Of a stretch of DNA of 64,000 bases, positions 39,476-53,540 are shown one piece after another (position 1 is the stretch's first letter; every line of letters starts with the position of its first letter). The notes under the pieces are model-generated. The model did no database searches and had not been told where the DNA came from. It saw nothing but the letters and a program-made list of their open reading frames with translations. The DNA is from Harriotta raleighana (Eukaryota): the NCBI GenBank assembly GCA_050575255.1, contig JBNZDD010013678.1, positions 3,602,154 to 3,666,153 on the forward strand. The letters are read 5' to 3'. A program made the translations under genes and the position numbers.

Positions 39476-41841
39476 TCAGCCAGAACCGTACCTATCTCTC
39501 TTTATTAGCCTGTTTCAAGCGGGTTCGGAATCAGAACTAGAACCACACCACGTTGACTGGAAGCTGTNGGGAGAAAGGGGAGAAAGATGGCAAATTAAAT
39601 CTAATTGAATATCTGATGGGCCCACATTTGCAATCACTTGTTAAGCCTGATCCCTTCAAGTAACTGTTCATACTCTACCTACCCCACAAAATTACTTTAC
39701 TTATAATGAATCGACTCCAATGATCTTTTGCATTTCTTGATGAATTAAATCCTAGGTTTCAATTCCATACTCCCATGTATAGCACCACCTGTAGGTTTGC
39801 ATGTTGCAACCTTATAAACCTGAGGGTTAGATTTAAACTTTAGTAGCATCTAGGTTGCCATTATACTATATTTCTTTCCCTAGCAATCAGAAGGAAGATT
39901 AAAACCAAGCAACCGTTTTATCTTGCCTCTGTTTATATGCCTCTGCATCGCACAGTAAACAGATTCCCAAACAGATTCCTATATTACTTGCTTCTTGTTT
40001 GCATTTCAATACTAGTATGCCCTTTGTTATTTGCTCTGCCTTTCTGCTGGGTTAATGTGTGGCCTGAGGAACACACTTTCTGTGCGATTCAATATGACTG
40101 AAATCATCCTACATTAGAAAACAAAAGGTTCACATTTTTAACGTCAGTGTCTCACAATGGCTGTCCTACAGATCGAGGTGCATTATCCATGCTGCTTGTA
40201 TTACCAATGCAAACCCTACATTGCTGTCCTGTGCTTCCCCATACACTTGTTCAGACGTGTACTACATATAGAATTTAGAAAGGGGTTGTGAATGCCAGGA
40301 CCGTTACTAAATTTACATCACGCTGTCACATTGCATCGAAAAGGCCCACTATATTTTTAGTCCAGTGGATGCTTGTGGTCCCATCCACTAAACATACAAT
40401 TGCTGATTGGCAACAGGAAATCACGGTAATGTAGCAGGCCACTCTATAAATCAAAATCAACAGACAAGAAAATAATTGGAAATTTAAATGGTTATCAACA
40501 AATTATTGCCCGAGCTGCAGTATCCCTTTTTCTAATGGGGCTGTCAATTTCTGCTTAGTTTCATGAATTCAGATTCACCGACCAGCAATCTATGTTAATC
40601 CAGGCTCCTCTAAACATGCAGCCAGCAGAATGCAGATTACTGCAAATAAAATGTCAACAGTTTTTAATAGAAAATGATCAGGAAGAAACACTTACATAAA
40701 TCAATGCATGACAATCTCATTTTATTGCACTCCCAAACCCAGATCTCAATACAGCCCTTATTGTTTTAAATAAAATGACAACAAAACTACATAATATAAC
40801 CCCTGTTAACTGCATAAACAATTTAGTTTGAGCTTTCTAATCAAAGTTACAATATATTATATATTAAAACCTGCAGTTCTGATACAGAAATGCGATATCC
40901 CTTGAATTTATCGTGGCTAAATTACCCCTTATTACTGGATAACTTGCCAATTGTAAAATTATTCCTTAATTACTTCTTTTGAATTAGCTTTTATATAGTA
41001 CTTGGTTGCGAACAGTATCACAGTAAATTCTAGGAGTAGATAAAATAGAAATGAGCACATATTCCATGAGGCACAATGGTTGTGTTGCTCCTGTGATGAG
41101 GGGAGCAGGGATGTTGCCAGCAGAGGAAAGCAGGCTAGAGTTGAACAATGGAGATGTGGGATTGAAGTTTGGATGATTACCTTGGGGGATAAGGGATTAG
41201 CTATGCAGAAGGTTCATTCAGGAGTACAGTGAATGGGTACAACAAGGTATATTCTGCGTGGTATAAATTATTCTTAATGTTAATGGGTCAAATCACTCAT
41301 TCCTGCATCAAGCTTTCTTATAGTATGTGGGCTCTTGAGTTCATAGTCTATCCTGACATTTTGGTGGAATACCGTGGATTAGTGAAATGCGGGAGATGCT
41401 TTAATCATCAGTCATTAGTCCTACACATTAGTAATTAAGATCCCACTTTCACCTTCCCATTTTCAGACATGACTAATAACAGTGGAAAAGTAAATGGCAT
41501 CAATTAAGCTGGAATTACTGACGAGGATGTCCTTTCCACCGTTTCATCTTACTAGAGGACTGTTATAACAGGTATTTACTGCGAAACCATTGCAATGTCC
41601 AGCTTCGTTTGGCAGTGTAGAATTACTTGAAATATGAACGAAAAATGTCTCTCTTGTTATCTTCTTGTTTTGTTTTTAAAACGACTACAATTATTTATGA
41701 GTGTGGGCAGGAATAAATGTTGCACCAATGTACAAGAACATTTCTAGCTTTGGACTCAAAGGAGAAACAGTGCCTGTGGATGTTCAGACTGAATCGTGAG
41801 ATTGCAGCACACAAGAACATCAGGGTGACGTTACTTTACTT

Positions 41842-41908
41842 CTTGGGACATCCTTGGGACGTCCTCTCGATGTGAAAGGCACTGTACACATGTGATCTTG
41901 TTGTTCTT
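41842..41908 (+). mobile_element. Very short L2 3' tail
   Basis: cttgggacgtcctctcgatgtgaaaggcactgtacacatgtgatcttgttg. Confidence 0.75.
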
Positions 41909-42022
41909 CTTTCAAAGGAGTGAAACACTGATACACTCCATAGTTCTACATGTCAATTAAATTTACTAGCTCAGCTCAATAAACATAATGTGTTTTATAC
42001 TCTAAAACGCCCAAACACATGA

Positions 42023-42357
42023 AATAATATAATAATAATGCTTACATTTGATATAGCGCTAGTCATGTCTTCTAGACGTCTCAAAGCGTTTCACAGAATA
42101 TACTGTAAAGTGAATTGACTGTATATTTGTGGGTAAAATGAGGCAGTCAATTGCACACAGCAGCGTCCCACAAACAGTTGTGGATTGAAATGACCAATTT
42201 TATTGGGGGTTTTTTGGAGGGATTTTTATCAGGTGTGTGGAGTAAGGAAACTTGCCCAAAGTTTCGCCCTGACCTGCTTGGATTCGAATATGTCTCACGC
42301 TTGTAAGGCGAGTGCTCTCAACCTTCAATCCCACATAACCACTGAGCTACAGAAACC
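42023..42357 (-). mobile_element. tRNA-derived Deu-domain SINE, full length
   Basis: Reverse complement of the 35244 family: (TAA)n, tail, Deu segment, ggattcgaa B box and accactgagctaca A box. Confidence 0.93.
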
Positions 42358-44573
42358 AAGAGAAACAGGTGAAACGTATTAAGCACACATATAAGTGTAA
42401 TATCGGAATATAGGGAGCCAATTGGAATGCTTGACTGTGTTCACATGTGTTCTATGTCAATCCCTGTATCTTCTGTATTGCAATGATCTCTTAGTTGGTA
42501 ATTGATACAGATAAAATCTAACCACTTTTGACCATAATGTAATATTGGATTTTTTTGCAATAAAACAATTATTAGTATTTAGTGACAAAATGTAAGATGG
42601 TCAAAATAATAGATATGAATTTGGTACAGTTCCAAGGAATGGTTGGAGGCAGTTGGTGTATGATTGCCTTTCCACACACTGTTTTAAGGAATCTCTCCTT
42701 GAATATACAGTTTTCTGAGTTCGAGTGTAACTAGCTCTCTGTATAATCAGTTCAGATACTAGCAAGGCACTGTCCACTACTATGATTAACAAAATTCTTA
42801 TGATCTGATCTTGAATCTGACACCTTCTCCAAGACCTCTCCAATAACCCTTTTACTAAGCTTCACTACCAACCAGTCAGGGCAAATCTCTCCTTTGTGCC
42901 TGTCAGTTTTAATAGACTGAATGTCACTTCTGCCTGTAAAAAGTGCCCACACTTCAGCTGTCAGTCAGCCCTTGCAGTGTCAACTGAGAGCATGGCTGGA
43001 GCCTGCTGGATTAGAGGGTAGTTACCATAGCTGTCAGACTACTGACAGCCTGACACCCACACTCCACACTGCCTTCCATTCCCTATGTAGCATTTTAGAG
43101 CTTTCTTAAAATGAAGAATACAAATCACAATTTCTCTTGCTCTGACACCAGCTCATTTCTTCATCCACATGCAGGCCTTTGACCTTAGATAAGCAGTTTT
43201 ATTATGTATGTATAAAAATAATGAGTGTTTCTGTCTAAAGAGAGTTAATGCGGAGTACTAACTAATTATAGTTTGTTATGGAGACTGAGGTTAATATTCC
43301 TTCATGTACTTGTGATTTTGTTTCCCCTCTTGGCCTTGACAAACCTTAATGAAAGTTTTGAGACTTGACTGCAATAATAAGCAGATATTCACATGTCCTC
43401 TGTGTGAAGGCTTGAGTATGAAAAGCATGAAGCTTTTCTGTTTTTTACAACAGTTTGCATAGCCTAAAGCATCTATTAAAATCCCTTGTAAAATTCATAA
43501 CATAAAGGATGCAGTGTGGGTTATGTCTAAAGGGAGAGAGAGTAAGCTGCTTATTAGCAAAAAGTCAGAAACCCAAAGCCAATTACAGATCAGAAAAGGC
43601 AGGGAAATTAAATGACAGGGGAAATTTTTTTTTAAACTCAATGGGCTCAGGTGAGGGAAAAAATAAGATCAAAACCAAACTGTGCTCAAAACATGTAATT
43701 AAATTGAAATAGTCCAAAGCAAATAATAGTGGCATTGCAATGGAAACTATGCAAAACAATCCTTAGCACTTGCTGGTCTGACGCATATAGACTAAATTGG
43801 TAGGATTTAGATGCAGTCCCTGAAGAAGAGAACTAGGACTGGAAGGAAAAAGACTGAGCTCAAGAGATACTTAAGAAATCTCTGTTTGGAATTTCAAATG
43901 CCACAATTAGACCAAGAATTAGCTTGTTCCCCTTTAGCTGGAGGAGGGTGAATAAAATAGCATAAATAACACTAACATTGCTTTCCACTTAATTATATCC
44001 GCCTCTGGCCCGTTACACAGAAACACAGAAGCTTTCTTTGTGCCACTAACTTCTGCTGGCAGCAAACTCAAAGTTAGTTTTGTGAATTTTTGATTTTGTT
44101 GCCTACGACTTTTTAAAATCACGATAATTTTTTATGGCCCTGTGTTAACCACTTGGACACTGAACACAGATACAGTACGTGGAATAACTTCAGTAAAACA
44201 GAGTCTGGGTGTTGGTAACAGATGATTCTGTGTTGCTTTGATTACGCTTACCTTCTCCATGTGGGGGAATCTACTAAAAATCCGGTTGGTGTTCTTGTAA
44301 AGTACAAGTGCAGACTAGCTGGAGTTGGGCAGGGTACTGTATTTTACTGATAGCCGATGTTTGAAGACCATTAAAGAGAGTTTTCATCAAAAATATAAAC
44401 CCATTTATTTTCGGATTATTTGGGAAGGGTATTTTTTCTGTCAAAAAATAACATTAGAAAGTTGGAGGGGAGAAATTTGACAGAAAACTAAACTGGAGGT
44501 AAATTAGGATGATATTAGTTTTTTTTAAAAAACTCAATAAAACAAACCAAATACTAGATAACAAAACAAAACT

Positions 44574-44764
44574 AAGACCCTGTAGCTCAGTGGTTAGAAC
44601 TGTCGCCTTGCAAGCATGAAGTCTGTGTTCGAATCCAAGGCAGATCAGGGCGAAAACTTGGGCACATTTCTTTACTCCATACACCTAATAATAATCCGTC
44701 CAAAAAAAAACACAATTATAAAATTGAAGAATTATTACTATCAAATGCAAGGATTATTATTATT
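44574..44764 (+). mobile_element. Same SINE family with internal deletion of the Deu domain
   Basis: Intact tRNA head joined almost directly to ctatcaaatgcaaggattattattatt. Confidence 0.88.
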
Positions 44765-45559
44765 CATAACTTTATTTTAAATCACATTTTGAAGCAACAA
44801 ACTTTATAATTTTTAATGCAAAGAATAAAGACATGATGTATTGTGATGTATATGTGTTCCTTGAACTAGCATTACAATGAAGTGGGTTTTGGGATGAGAA
44901 CACACCTTTACTGACACCAAACAAAATTGGCAAAATCAGTTGCAAAATGAAATTGGGATTTAACAGTGAATTTTCACCCCCAAACAATATATATTTATTA
45001 ATGAAACTCATTTTCATTAGGATGATATTAGGTTTTTTATCAATTTTAACAGTCTCTATGTAATGTGTTCTTGCCCAAAAGCTTCTGATTGTAATTCTAA
45101 TTTTGAAGCTATTTTTTCCAATATATTCTACCAATATTAATCTAGTTCTCAAAGTACGTTCCACATTACTGATGTCAAACTAATTCTGAATCCATATTGC
45201 TGAAAAGTTGGATTGCTTTTTTCTTTTAGGATCATGAATATCTCAAACACAGCAAGCACACTTTCAATGCATTGTTAAATACTTCATTATTTATCACCAC
45301 AAACAATTAAACATTGCCAGAACACAATGTTTTATCTTTTCAGTCCCTCTCTACTTTTCCCTCTGACTGACTCTCTTGTGTGAGAATGCATTGCATTGAG
45401 ATACTCCCTAACCCCAAAAGTCTTATTAATCAAGCACAAACTCACAATATTCATCCATCTCCACATTTCCACTCTGCAACCCCGATCACCTTTTGTATTT
45501 CCTTCATCAAAGTCCCAGCAACACAGAAATCATTATATCCTATGAAGAATTTTCTCATT

Positions 45560-45960
45560 TTAGTCATTATTTATCCATATAGCATCCAGGATTGTTCTGA
45601 TGCACATACCTAGCTTATTTTTTTTGGGGGGAGAAATTATTCAACATAGCATTATCGGTTTTTGCTGGGAGCCTGTTCTACCTGCTACTCTATGGGGGAA
45701 AGAAAATCCTCCAATCTCTGGTCCCATTTGAGACATTTTAATTTTAAACCTACATCCTCTTGTTCTGCTACCACCAAATAGTGTGCTTACATCTTTATCA
45801 TCAATGACACTTATTTTTTCAAGATCTGGATTGTGTGGCCCCTCAATTTTTTCCCAATAAGAATAATGAAGTATTTTCCCGATAACTATGAGCCTCCCTT
45901 CATAAAATAGGCTATGAGTCCTAGAGTTATTCTTGTTGCTCTTTGCTGTAACCTCTCGCC
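45560..45960 (-). mobile_element. Old CR1 LINE 3' fragment
   Basis: Reverse-strand CR1 landmarks: gggagcctgttctac, ttttaaacctacatcctcttgttct, cccctcaa, attcttgttgctctttgctgtaacctctc. Confidence 0.65.
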
Positions 45961-46693
45961 AATGTTTTAATTAATAAGTATTAATTCTTAAATATTCCAA
46001 AAGTTAAGATGCTCCAAATGATATTCAATATTCAAAATGTAGGTTTAAGGTTAGAATCACATTTTAGCATAATTAAATGCTTTTCCAGATGCAATCTGCT
46101 AGTTGAAGCTCTGGTTTGTTGAGAAGGTTCCTATTAATAGAAGCCTTTTAGAGAAAGAGAGAGAGAGAGCTGTTTTGGATCACCTTTCTTTAAACTCCAT
46201 TTTCAGTGACGTAATGCTGCAGATCATACATTTTCCGACAGCCTGTGCACATCAAATTACATTTACTGAAGGATGACTTTGTTGTGCTGATTTGGAAATA
46301 GGCTAATACAATTACTTGTCACAAAAACATATTGCTAAACCTAATAATCAGCTCCATGGCACTTTGTGTGGGCTTCAGTGGCCAGTGGTCTATCCAGAGT
46401 TCAAACAGCTTTTAAATGTTAAGCAGTAAGTATTAATTCTTAAATATTTTTATTTCAATGAAACTCACATCATTTTACCTAGCGATATCCGACTGAATCA
46501 GACACGTTTGACCTGTCTGGCTGGACAGGAGAGAGCTCATGTTGTAAAGCTTTACAAACTGTTTGATCTGTTTAACTAACCAAAGTTACTCTGCCAATAT
46601 CTATAGTGTACCTCTGAAATTATTGCCATAGTAGTCTGTACTGAGAGAGGTTTGTATACCAGTCATCATTGCGTTGCTGGTAATGATAAATAC

Positions 46694-46815
46694 AATAATA
46701 ATCCTTGCATTTGATATAGCGCCTTATCAGGTCTTCGAGATGTCTCAAAGCGCTTTACAGGATACACTGTAAAGTGAATTAACTATGTGTATTTTTATTG
46801 GCGAAACATGGCAGC
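46694..46815 (-). mobile_element. SINE 3' fragment
   Basis: aataataatccttgcatttgatatagcgccttatcagg...gtaaagtgaatt. Confidence 0.88.
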
Positions 46816-47929
46816 GTTTGCTAGCATTGTTGTTAGGCTCTGATGCACTTGTGAACATTTTGCAAATAAGAGATATTTCATAGGATTTATTTTTATAGAG
46901 TAATGAATATTCCAGTGTGTTCTGTGTAGAAATAAGGTAAACGAGCTGATTAAAGCACAGAAAGTAGCTGAATACTCAGGTTTCTTTCATCACAACATAA
47001 AACATGCTGCAGCATTCATTATAATCATTCCTCGACAGGATCAAGAGTAAGCGAGAGGCGACTGATGCAGTATTAAAACTCACACAGTGCTGCCTTTGAT
47101 TTGTTAAGCTTGTTCCAGGAAGTATGCTTCAAATTCACATTAATAGCTGCACTCTCAACTAATCAGATCATTGCTTTATAATAATCCATTACTAATTATT
47201 GTTAATTGGAGAACATATGTTTTGTGCTCAGTGGGGTAGGGCGGACTGTGCTGAGGAATGAGATTGTGCTATTCAGCATTGGTGACAGTTCTAGCTGTTT
47301 TAACCTCTTTGGAATTCAGTCCAGCTTCACTCATGCTCTATATTAATTAAAATACATTGTCTAATGGCAAAACAATCGCTCCTATAGACTTGGTCTTCTA
47401 TTCAGAGGGGCCTGGTTTTTTTCCCATTATAACTGAACTTAAGATGAATGCAAATATCGCTTGTTCCTGAAATCACAAATACAATTTTAAAAGCAACTTT
47501 GTGGATTCTGGGGATTCCTATTGTCAAAAATGTCCTATTTATACTAGGAAAGTGAAAGCAGTCAAAAGATACGGCTGAAATCTGAACTAGTTTTTGTTTC
47601 TAGGGCCGAGGAGGCTGCAATGAGTAGTAAGTGTAAGTAAAGCTGCTACATTTGTAGATTACTGTGCCTTTGGTTATGCTAGCTTTCTTGTAATTGGCGA
47701 CCCTGCTTTAGGTGGTGAGAGAACAGAACAGAAAGCCATCCTTAACTCTCAGGAGAGTGACTGATTAATCAGATTATGCAAAACCACTGCCTCCCTGGGA
47801 AGTGAGAACCAAATACAAAGTCACTGCACTTCGCAGAAACTTGGCGCAGTGGTTTGAGATATTTATGATGCTATAGGCATGATATATAGCAATGATATTG
47901 CTGCAAGAATTATATATTATGTTACTTTA

Positions 47930-48110
47930 CAAAGATTACAAAGAATATACAGCACGGAAACAGGCCACTCATCCCAACTGATGTTTATACTCCACACAGG
48001 ACTTTGCCCATTCCTTTACTCCCTCCCATAGCCTTCTATTCCCTTCTCCCCTGTGTATAGGTCTAGCTTGCTCTTGAATGCATCTGTATTATCTGATTCA
48101 ACTACCTCCT
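47930..48110 (-). mobile_element. CR1 3' end
   Basis: tacagcacggaaacaggccactc...tgtttatactccacac...tctagcttgctcttgaatgcatct. Confidence 0.75.
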
Positions 48111-48937
48111 TATTCATCCATGACATCCCATTATTAGTTAATTTTCCCTTATTTCTCAATGGAATATATTTGTACGAGTCGTGATTTGAATCTGCGAAGA
48201 TTGGTGGAATCTAAATTTTGTTCTTATTGCATAATAATCTCTGTCCTCGTTTTGAACGTAATTTCCCCCTTTTTGCATTTCTCTGTGTTCTGTATCTTTG
48301 CTAGATTGTAAGAAAGACTTGCTAGCAGCTCATTGCTGCTGGGTTCTGAGGTGATATGAAAGAAGAAACCTGTGTTTAAAATAATATGTGAGAATAGAGA
48401 TACCCTCAAAACATATGAATCAAACGGGTGGTTCACTTGGGAGCTTTAGAGTGAGAACATGTGATTTGTACAGCTGAACTCTCAATGCTCTCAAGGAAAC
48501 AGGAACAGATTTAATAGGGATCAAGGCAATTCGAATATTTAAGCTAGTTATTTGTTGTAGCTTGAGGAGTTGGGCAAGTTGATATGTGCCTGATTGAACA
48601 ATGAATTGTTGTTCAATAGCGATATTTTAGAATGATGCTCTCCCGAATATATCATGAATTTTAATAATGTAAAATGATAACAAATTGTCTGTGTTGTTAA
48701 AACACATCAAATGCATATTTAATGTTGCCTCAAACGTTGATTTTTGATTTAATTCCACAATGAAAACTGATAGCTTCTTGCAATGTTTGTCATTTATTGT
48801 GTATGTACTGTAATAGGAATATTAACAAATTGGGAGGTCAATCTATTGGTTAGTATCGGGCCTGAACTTAAACTGAGTTGTATTGTAATGACATTATTTT
48901 AAAAACCAGAGGGTTTATTTTTAAGTCATATTATTAA

Positions 48938-49060
48938 AAATAATAATAAATTGGTCACTTAAAACCAACTGACGCGTTTCGCCCACAAATATACAGTCAA
49001 TTCACTTTACAGTATATTCTGTGAAAACTGCTATATCAAATGCGAAAACTATTATTATTT
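48938..49060 (+). mobile_element. SINE 3' fragment
   Basis: cgcgtttcgcccacaaatatacagtcaattcactttacagtatattctgtgaa...gctatatcaaatgc. Confidence 0.85.
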
Positions 49061-49565
49061 TTGATTATTATAAAGTTGGTGATAAAAGCTACCAATTTTG
49101 AAGTTTTATAACCAACGTAGACAAAACTATAAGTCTTAATTTCAAACCACAGCTACTTAGGTAGTTCATTTGTATTTAATTTACATATCTGTATGTATTT
49201 TTATTCATGCAAAGTACGTATTGTGCGTTTATGTATGGAAATGGATCAACTGCTAAAAAAACAACTGTTTTAAGATTTCACTAAAGAGAAGCATCACTGT
49301 GATACACACACACCTTTGCCTAGTACAAATCTGGTCAAGCAGCGACCCGGTGTACATCTCCTATTATATGTGGTTGCTGATCCAACCATAACATTTCTTT
49401 GCAAATTTATCCGGATATCACTGTATAAATTGCGCTTACCAGTGCATTTCTAGGTCAAGGCCAGTGGAAACCAGTACAACATCTCCTTGACACTATGTAT
49501 TCTGCATTAATCTCCACCTCAAATGAGCAAGGAAGACAGCAACAGCATCAACTGTACATTTACTC

Positions 49566-49845
49566 TCCATAGGGTTAGAACACTCGCCTTGCAAGCGAGA
49601 GACCTGGGTTCGATTCCAGGCAGGGTGACACCTTGAGGAAGTTCCCTTTCTCCACACGCCCAATAATAATCCCTCAAAAAAACACAATGACAAAATTGTT
49701 CATTTCAATCCACGACTGTTTGTGGGTCACTGCTGGCTGCAATTGGCTGCCATGTTTCACCTGCAAATATATAGTCAATTCACTTTACAGTATATTCTCT
49801 GAAGTGTTTTGAGATGTCTAGAAAACATAGAAAGCACAAGGCTTA
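49566..49845 (+). mobile_element. tRNA-derived Deu-domain SINE, near full length
   Basis: ggttagaacactcgccttgcaagcgagagacctgggttcgattcc head plus Deu segment and tail. Confidence 0.9.
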
Positions 49846-50162
49846 TGGCTATTATAGAATTTTTCAAATATAATGCATTCGTAAAAATAATAATAAAAAG
49901 ATTAAATCTGATCATACTTGTTTGAGTCAATTTTGCTAGTTGAACTCCAACAGAACATCAACACATAATATAGAGCCCCTAATCCTTGCCTCTTGCCAAC
50001 CTGCACCTAATACTCTCTCGAATTAGGTGAGCAGTTTTTCCCTCCATGGAGAGAGTTCAATTTGAGGCATGGTGGATTTTAAATGTGGAACTCTATCTGG
50101 ATTGCATACTCAAGCACGATGATGTTTTTGTAGATGTTTCGAAACATAGTACGTTTCAGACA

Positions 50163-50453
50163 TGGAATCCTGTAGCTCAGTGGTTAGAGCACTTGCCTTA
50201 CAAGCGTGAGACCTATGTTTGAATCCAGGCAGGTCAGGGTGAAACCTTAAGCAAGTTTCCTTACCACACACCTAATAATAATCCTCCAAAAAATAACACA
50301 ATTAGAAAAATTTGTCATTTCAATCCATGACTGTTTGTGGAGTGCGCAAATAGCTGCCTTGTTTCGCTCACAAATATACAGTCAGTTCACTTTACAGTAT
50401 ATTCTGCCTAGAAAACGTGAAAAGTGCTATATCAAATGCAAGGATTATTATTA
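50163..50453 (+). mobile_element. tRNA-derived Deu-domain SINE, near full length
   Basis: tggaatcctgtagctcagtggttagagc head; tail ends caaatgcaaggattattattat. Confidence 0.92.
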
Positions 50454-51004
50454 TGGGAGAGAAAAAAACCATATTTCAGCATTCTTCTTAAGACTTCTTG
50501 AACAATACCCTTGTAAGCTTTATATTATTATTAAGTCGAAATGCTTGAAACAGAAAATGGCAGCAGCTCACTAGCTCAACATAGTCACAAATTACTGCTT
50601 TTAGTGCATAAAAATATGAAATAGAATTGATTTCATCTTATTGTGGAGCCTACATTAGTTTACAGTTGGAGTTGCCTTAGAAACCTCAGGGGATGCTGCT
50701 CAGTGGGAAGACACATGCCTTGTGGCAAAGAGATTCTCAAATTAATCCTTAACATTGCCACAATTTTGCGGTCAACTGTTAAATAAACCAGGCTTTTCTG
50801 GAATGCTAATTGAAGAGTGGAAGGGGAAATCGAAGGCTGTCTTCAAAACTGTTTTAAATTTCTGCACAGTTTGCAGACTGCATTTCTGGTTTGGAAGATT
50901 AAGTTTTGGCATATTGATTGCTGCTTTAGATCTTGGACAAAACGGCACATGAATGTAGTGTGACACTCTTCAGTGCCAAAATAATTTTATCCCAAATACT
51001 TAAA

Positions 51005-51460
51005 AACAGCCATCATTACCCCACATCCTCAAAAATCCTATCTTTGACCCATCGCTGTTCTCTTTCCATCTCCAACCTTGCTTTTCTTTCCAAGGATCTG
51101 GAATGAGTTGTTGCTTCCCAACTTCGCTCTTTTCTCTCCCGCCATTTCTTTTATGAGCCCCTCCAATCTGGTTTCCGTGACCTCTACGACCCCCGCCCTG
51201 CCTGCCCCACCATCAACGGGTTGGGCCTTCAGCCTTTTTGCCTCGACCCTTGGTGAATTTCATTCTGGAATCCCTTTGCCTCACACCCTCCCTTGTCTCC
51301 TTGAAGACCTTCCTCTTTCAGTCATCCTCCCATCCTAACCCCTACTTGCCCTCCAACCCTCTTTACTACAACACAATTCACTTTCCAGTATATTCTGTGA
51401 AGCGCTTTGAGACGTCTAGAAGATGTAAAAAGCGCTATATCAAATGCAAGGATTATTATT
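51005..51460 (+). mobile_element. Internally deleted L2 LINE (RT N-terminal piece joined to the 3' end) carrying the SINE-type tail
   Basis: Degraded AIITP.LKK..LDP, PISNL.F.SK.LE..VASQL and PLQSGFR coding remnants, then LKTFLF and the acaattcactttccagtatattctgtgaagcgctttgagacgtctagaag...(TTA)n tail. Confidence 0.82.
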
Positions 51461-51744
51461 AATTAGTACAGTATTATTATTATTATAACCCCCAGCTCAG
51501 ATGCAAACCCTTGACTGTCCAGGACCTTGAGACATCCTCCTGTTGAGCTATATCAGTGCAGTTTGTTGTTGTTGTTCTTGTATGAACTAGATAAAAAAAA
51601 CAATAGTGGTTTCTGAATCCATAATATCTTCTTGTGCTTCTTTAACACCTGCAAGCCTCGTTTCTATACTCGTGAAATTGTGTGTTGTTCCTTATTTAGT
51701 GAGGGACCAAGACAAAAATAGGGAGATCAGATATTTTCGATGGG

Positions 51745-51812
51745 GAAGTGAGCACGGGACAGATACGATGGGCCAAATGGCCTATTTCTGTCCTGATATT
51801 TCTATAATTATT
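51745..51812 (+). mobile_element. CR1 3' terminus
   Basis: gggacagatacgatgggccaaatggcctatttctgtcctgatatttcta. Confidence 0.65.
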
Positions 51813-53311
51813 CTCTGTAGGCAATGAGAGCAGAGGGAAAATACTATGGACTCCACAGACTCAAAAAAAGACACACTGAGAAAGCATTAGACACACAAAA
51901 AAAAATCATGAGTACTTGGGGAACTGCGCAAGATGGGGAGCCAATCAATTTTCAGTAAAGTCATTAAAAACTGATCGTGAATTACTTTAAAAATGTGAGA
52001 AAACCAATAAAAGCTGAAAACATAGAACATTAATTGTTATCTTTAGTCCACTTAATGCCTGCAACAGAAGCTTTACAGCCAGAGCACTTCTAACTAAAAA
52101 TATAGTCTCAGTTTATCCATGTTTCTCATTAGGGTTGTGGTGCACTTTAAAGTGAGTAAGACCAACCTCTCAATTGTCAAACAGCAAAGGTGAAGCACAG
52201 CAGGGAAACAGACATTTTTGTGCCTTTCTTTAAGGCTTTACTGCAGTGTCAGCTTTAACGCAACTGCATATTCAATCCCTAAATGTCATTGTATAGTGAA
52301 TTGCTGTTTATGCCATATGTCAAGTGCATCGTAAACTTTATTAAAACCGACTTTTGATAATGATTTCAATATTTCAGACACATTCTTGTTGAGAAATTGT
52401 ATTTCATCAGAAATACAATTGTATTTATTTCACAATAAAATACAACTATAAAATTTCAGTGCTCCCTATATAAAATATCACACTGAATATATGTATCAAA
52501 CACAGACTTTGGTGCATGAAGTCAGTGCACTGAATGTTAATAATTGGACTGAATATGGCTTATGTTAGTTTATCTGCCATTATGTTTTAAATGCACAAAT
52601 GGGATATTGTTTCTAACTATTGTTTTGGCCAATCTTCTCTCTCCCTCTTCCTGACTGTGTATTGTTCCATGGGCTCAGGAAGCTCCATGGGACTTTACAA
52701 CTTGGGCGCCTCAAGAGTGAATGTTGGCAGGATATGGAGACTTTATCGCTAACTTGATCATATTCTCTGCATTCACCTACACAGATTTTTCTGCTTTACT
52801 TGATAACAGTCAGAATACTGCCTTTCCTCTCCCAAACTCAGAAGCGCAAAGACAAATTGTAACCCTCCCCTCTCCTCCCTTTAGCTATCCACTTGATGTC
52901 AACTAACCATAGTATAGTATCTTACAGAGAATGATGGCTTACCATTTGTTTATGACCCGTCTCCCAGTTCTGCTACACAGTACACATTAATCATAGCTCA
53001 TTTTGCGATTATACATATATTCTGTGTTTTGGCTGTGAAAAAAGGAGGATTACACAATAAACTATATTCTAGTAAAACGCTGATGTGTAAGAATAATGGC
53101 ACGTTACACCAAATAAGGTAAATGGCTAGACAGTCCAGCTAATCTTGTGTTCAATGTGGGTACAGGAGAATAAAATGTAGAGGGATTATTTCCGTTTTAA
53201 CATTTTAAAATAAATCTGTATTATCAGGACATGATACACTTCCTGTAAATTGGATATAGGGACAAAATCTGGTAAAAGATCAACACAAAATGTTTTGTAG
53301 GTATAATATAT

Positions 53312-53540
53312 ATGTAGGCCATTCAGTCCCTGGAACCTGTTCCATTCTATAAAATTATGGCTGATTTATACCTGAATTCCAATTACCTGCGTTTACCCCA
53401 TATCACTTGATAGCTTTACACAACAAATATCTATCCACCTTAGTCTTGAAAATTTGAATAGATCCAGCATTCAAAGCCTTTTGGAGGAGAGAGTTTACAG
53501 ATTTCCACTAACCTTTGGGTGAAAAAATACCTTCTGATTC
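53312..53540 (-). mobile_element. CR1 3' fragment
   Basis: gtaggccattcagtccctggaacctgttccattc; minus-strand translation contains IRRYFFTQRLVEICKLSP (CR1 RNFFTQRVV..WN.LP). Confidence 0.8.
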
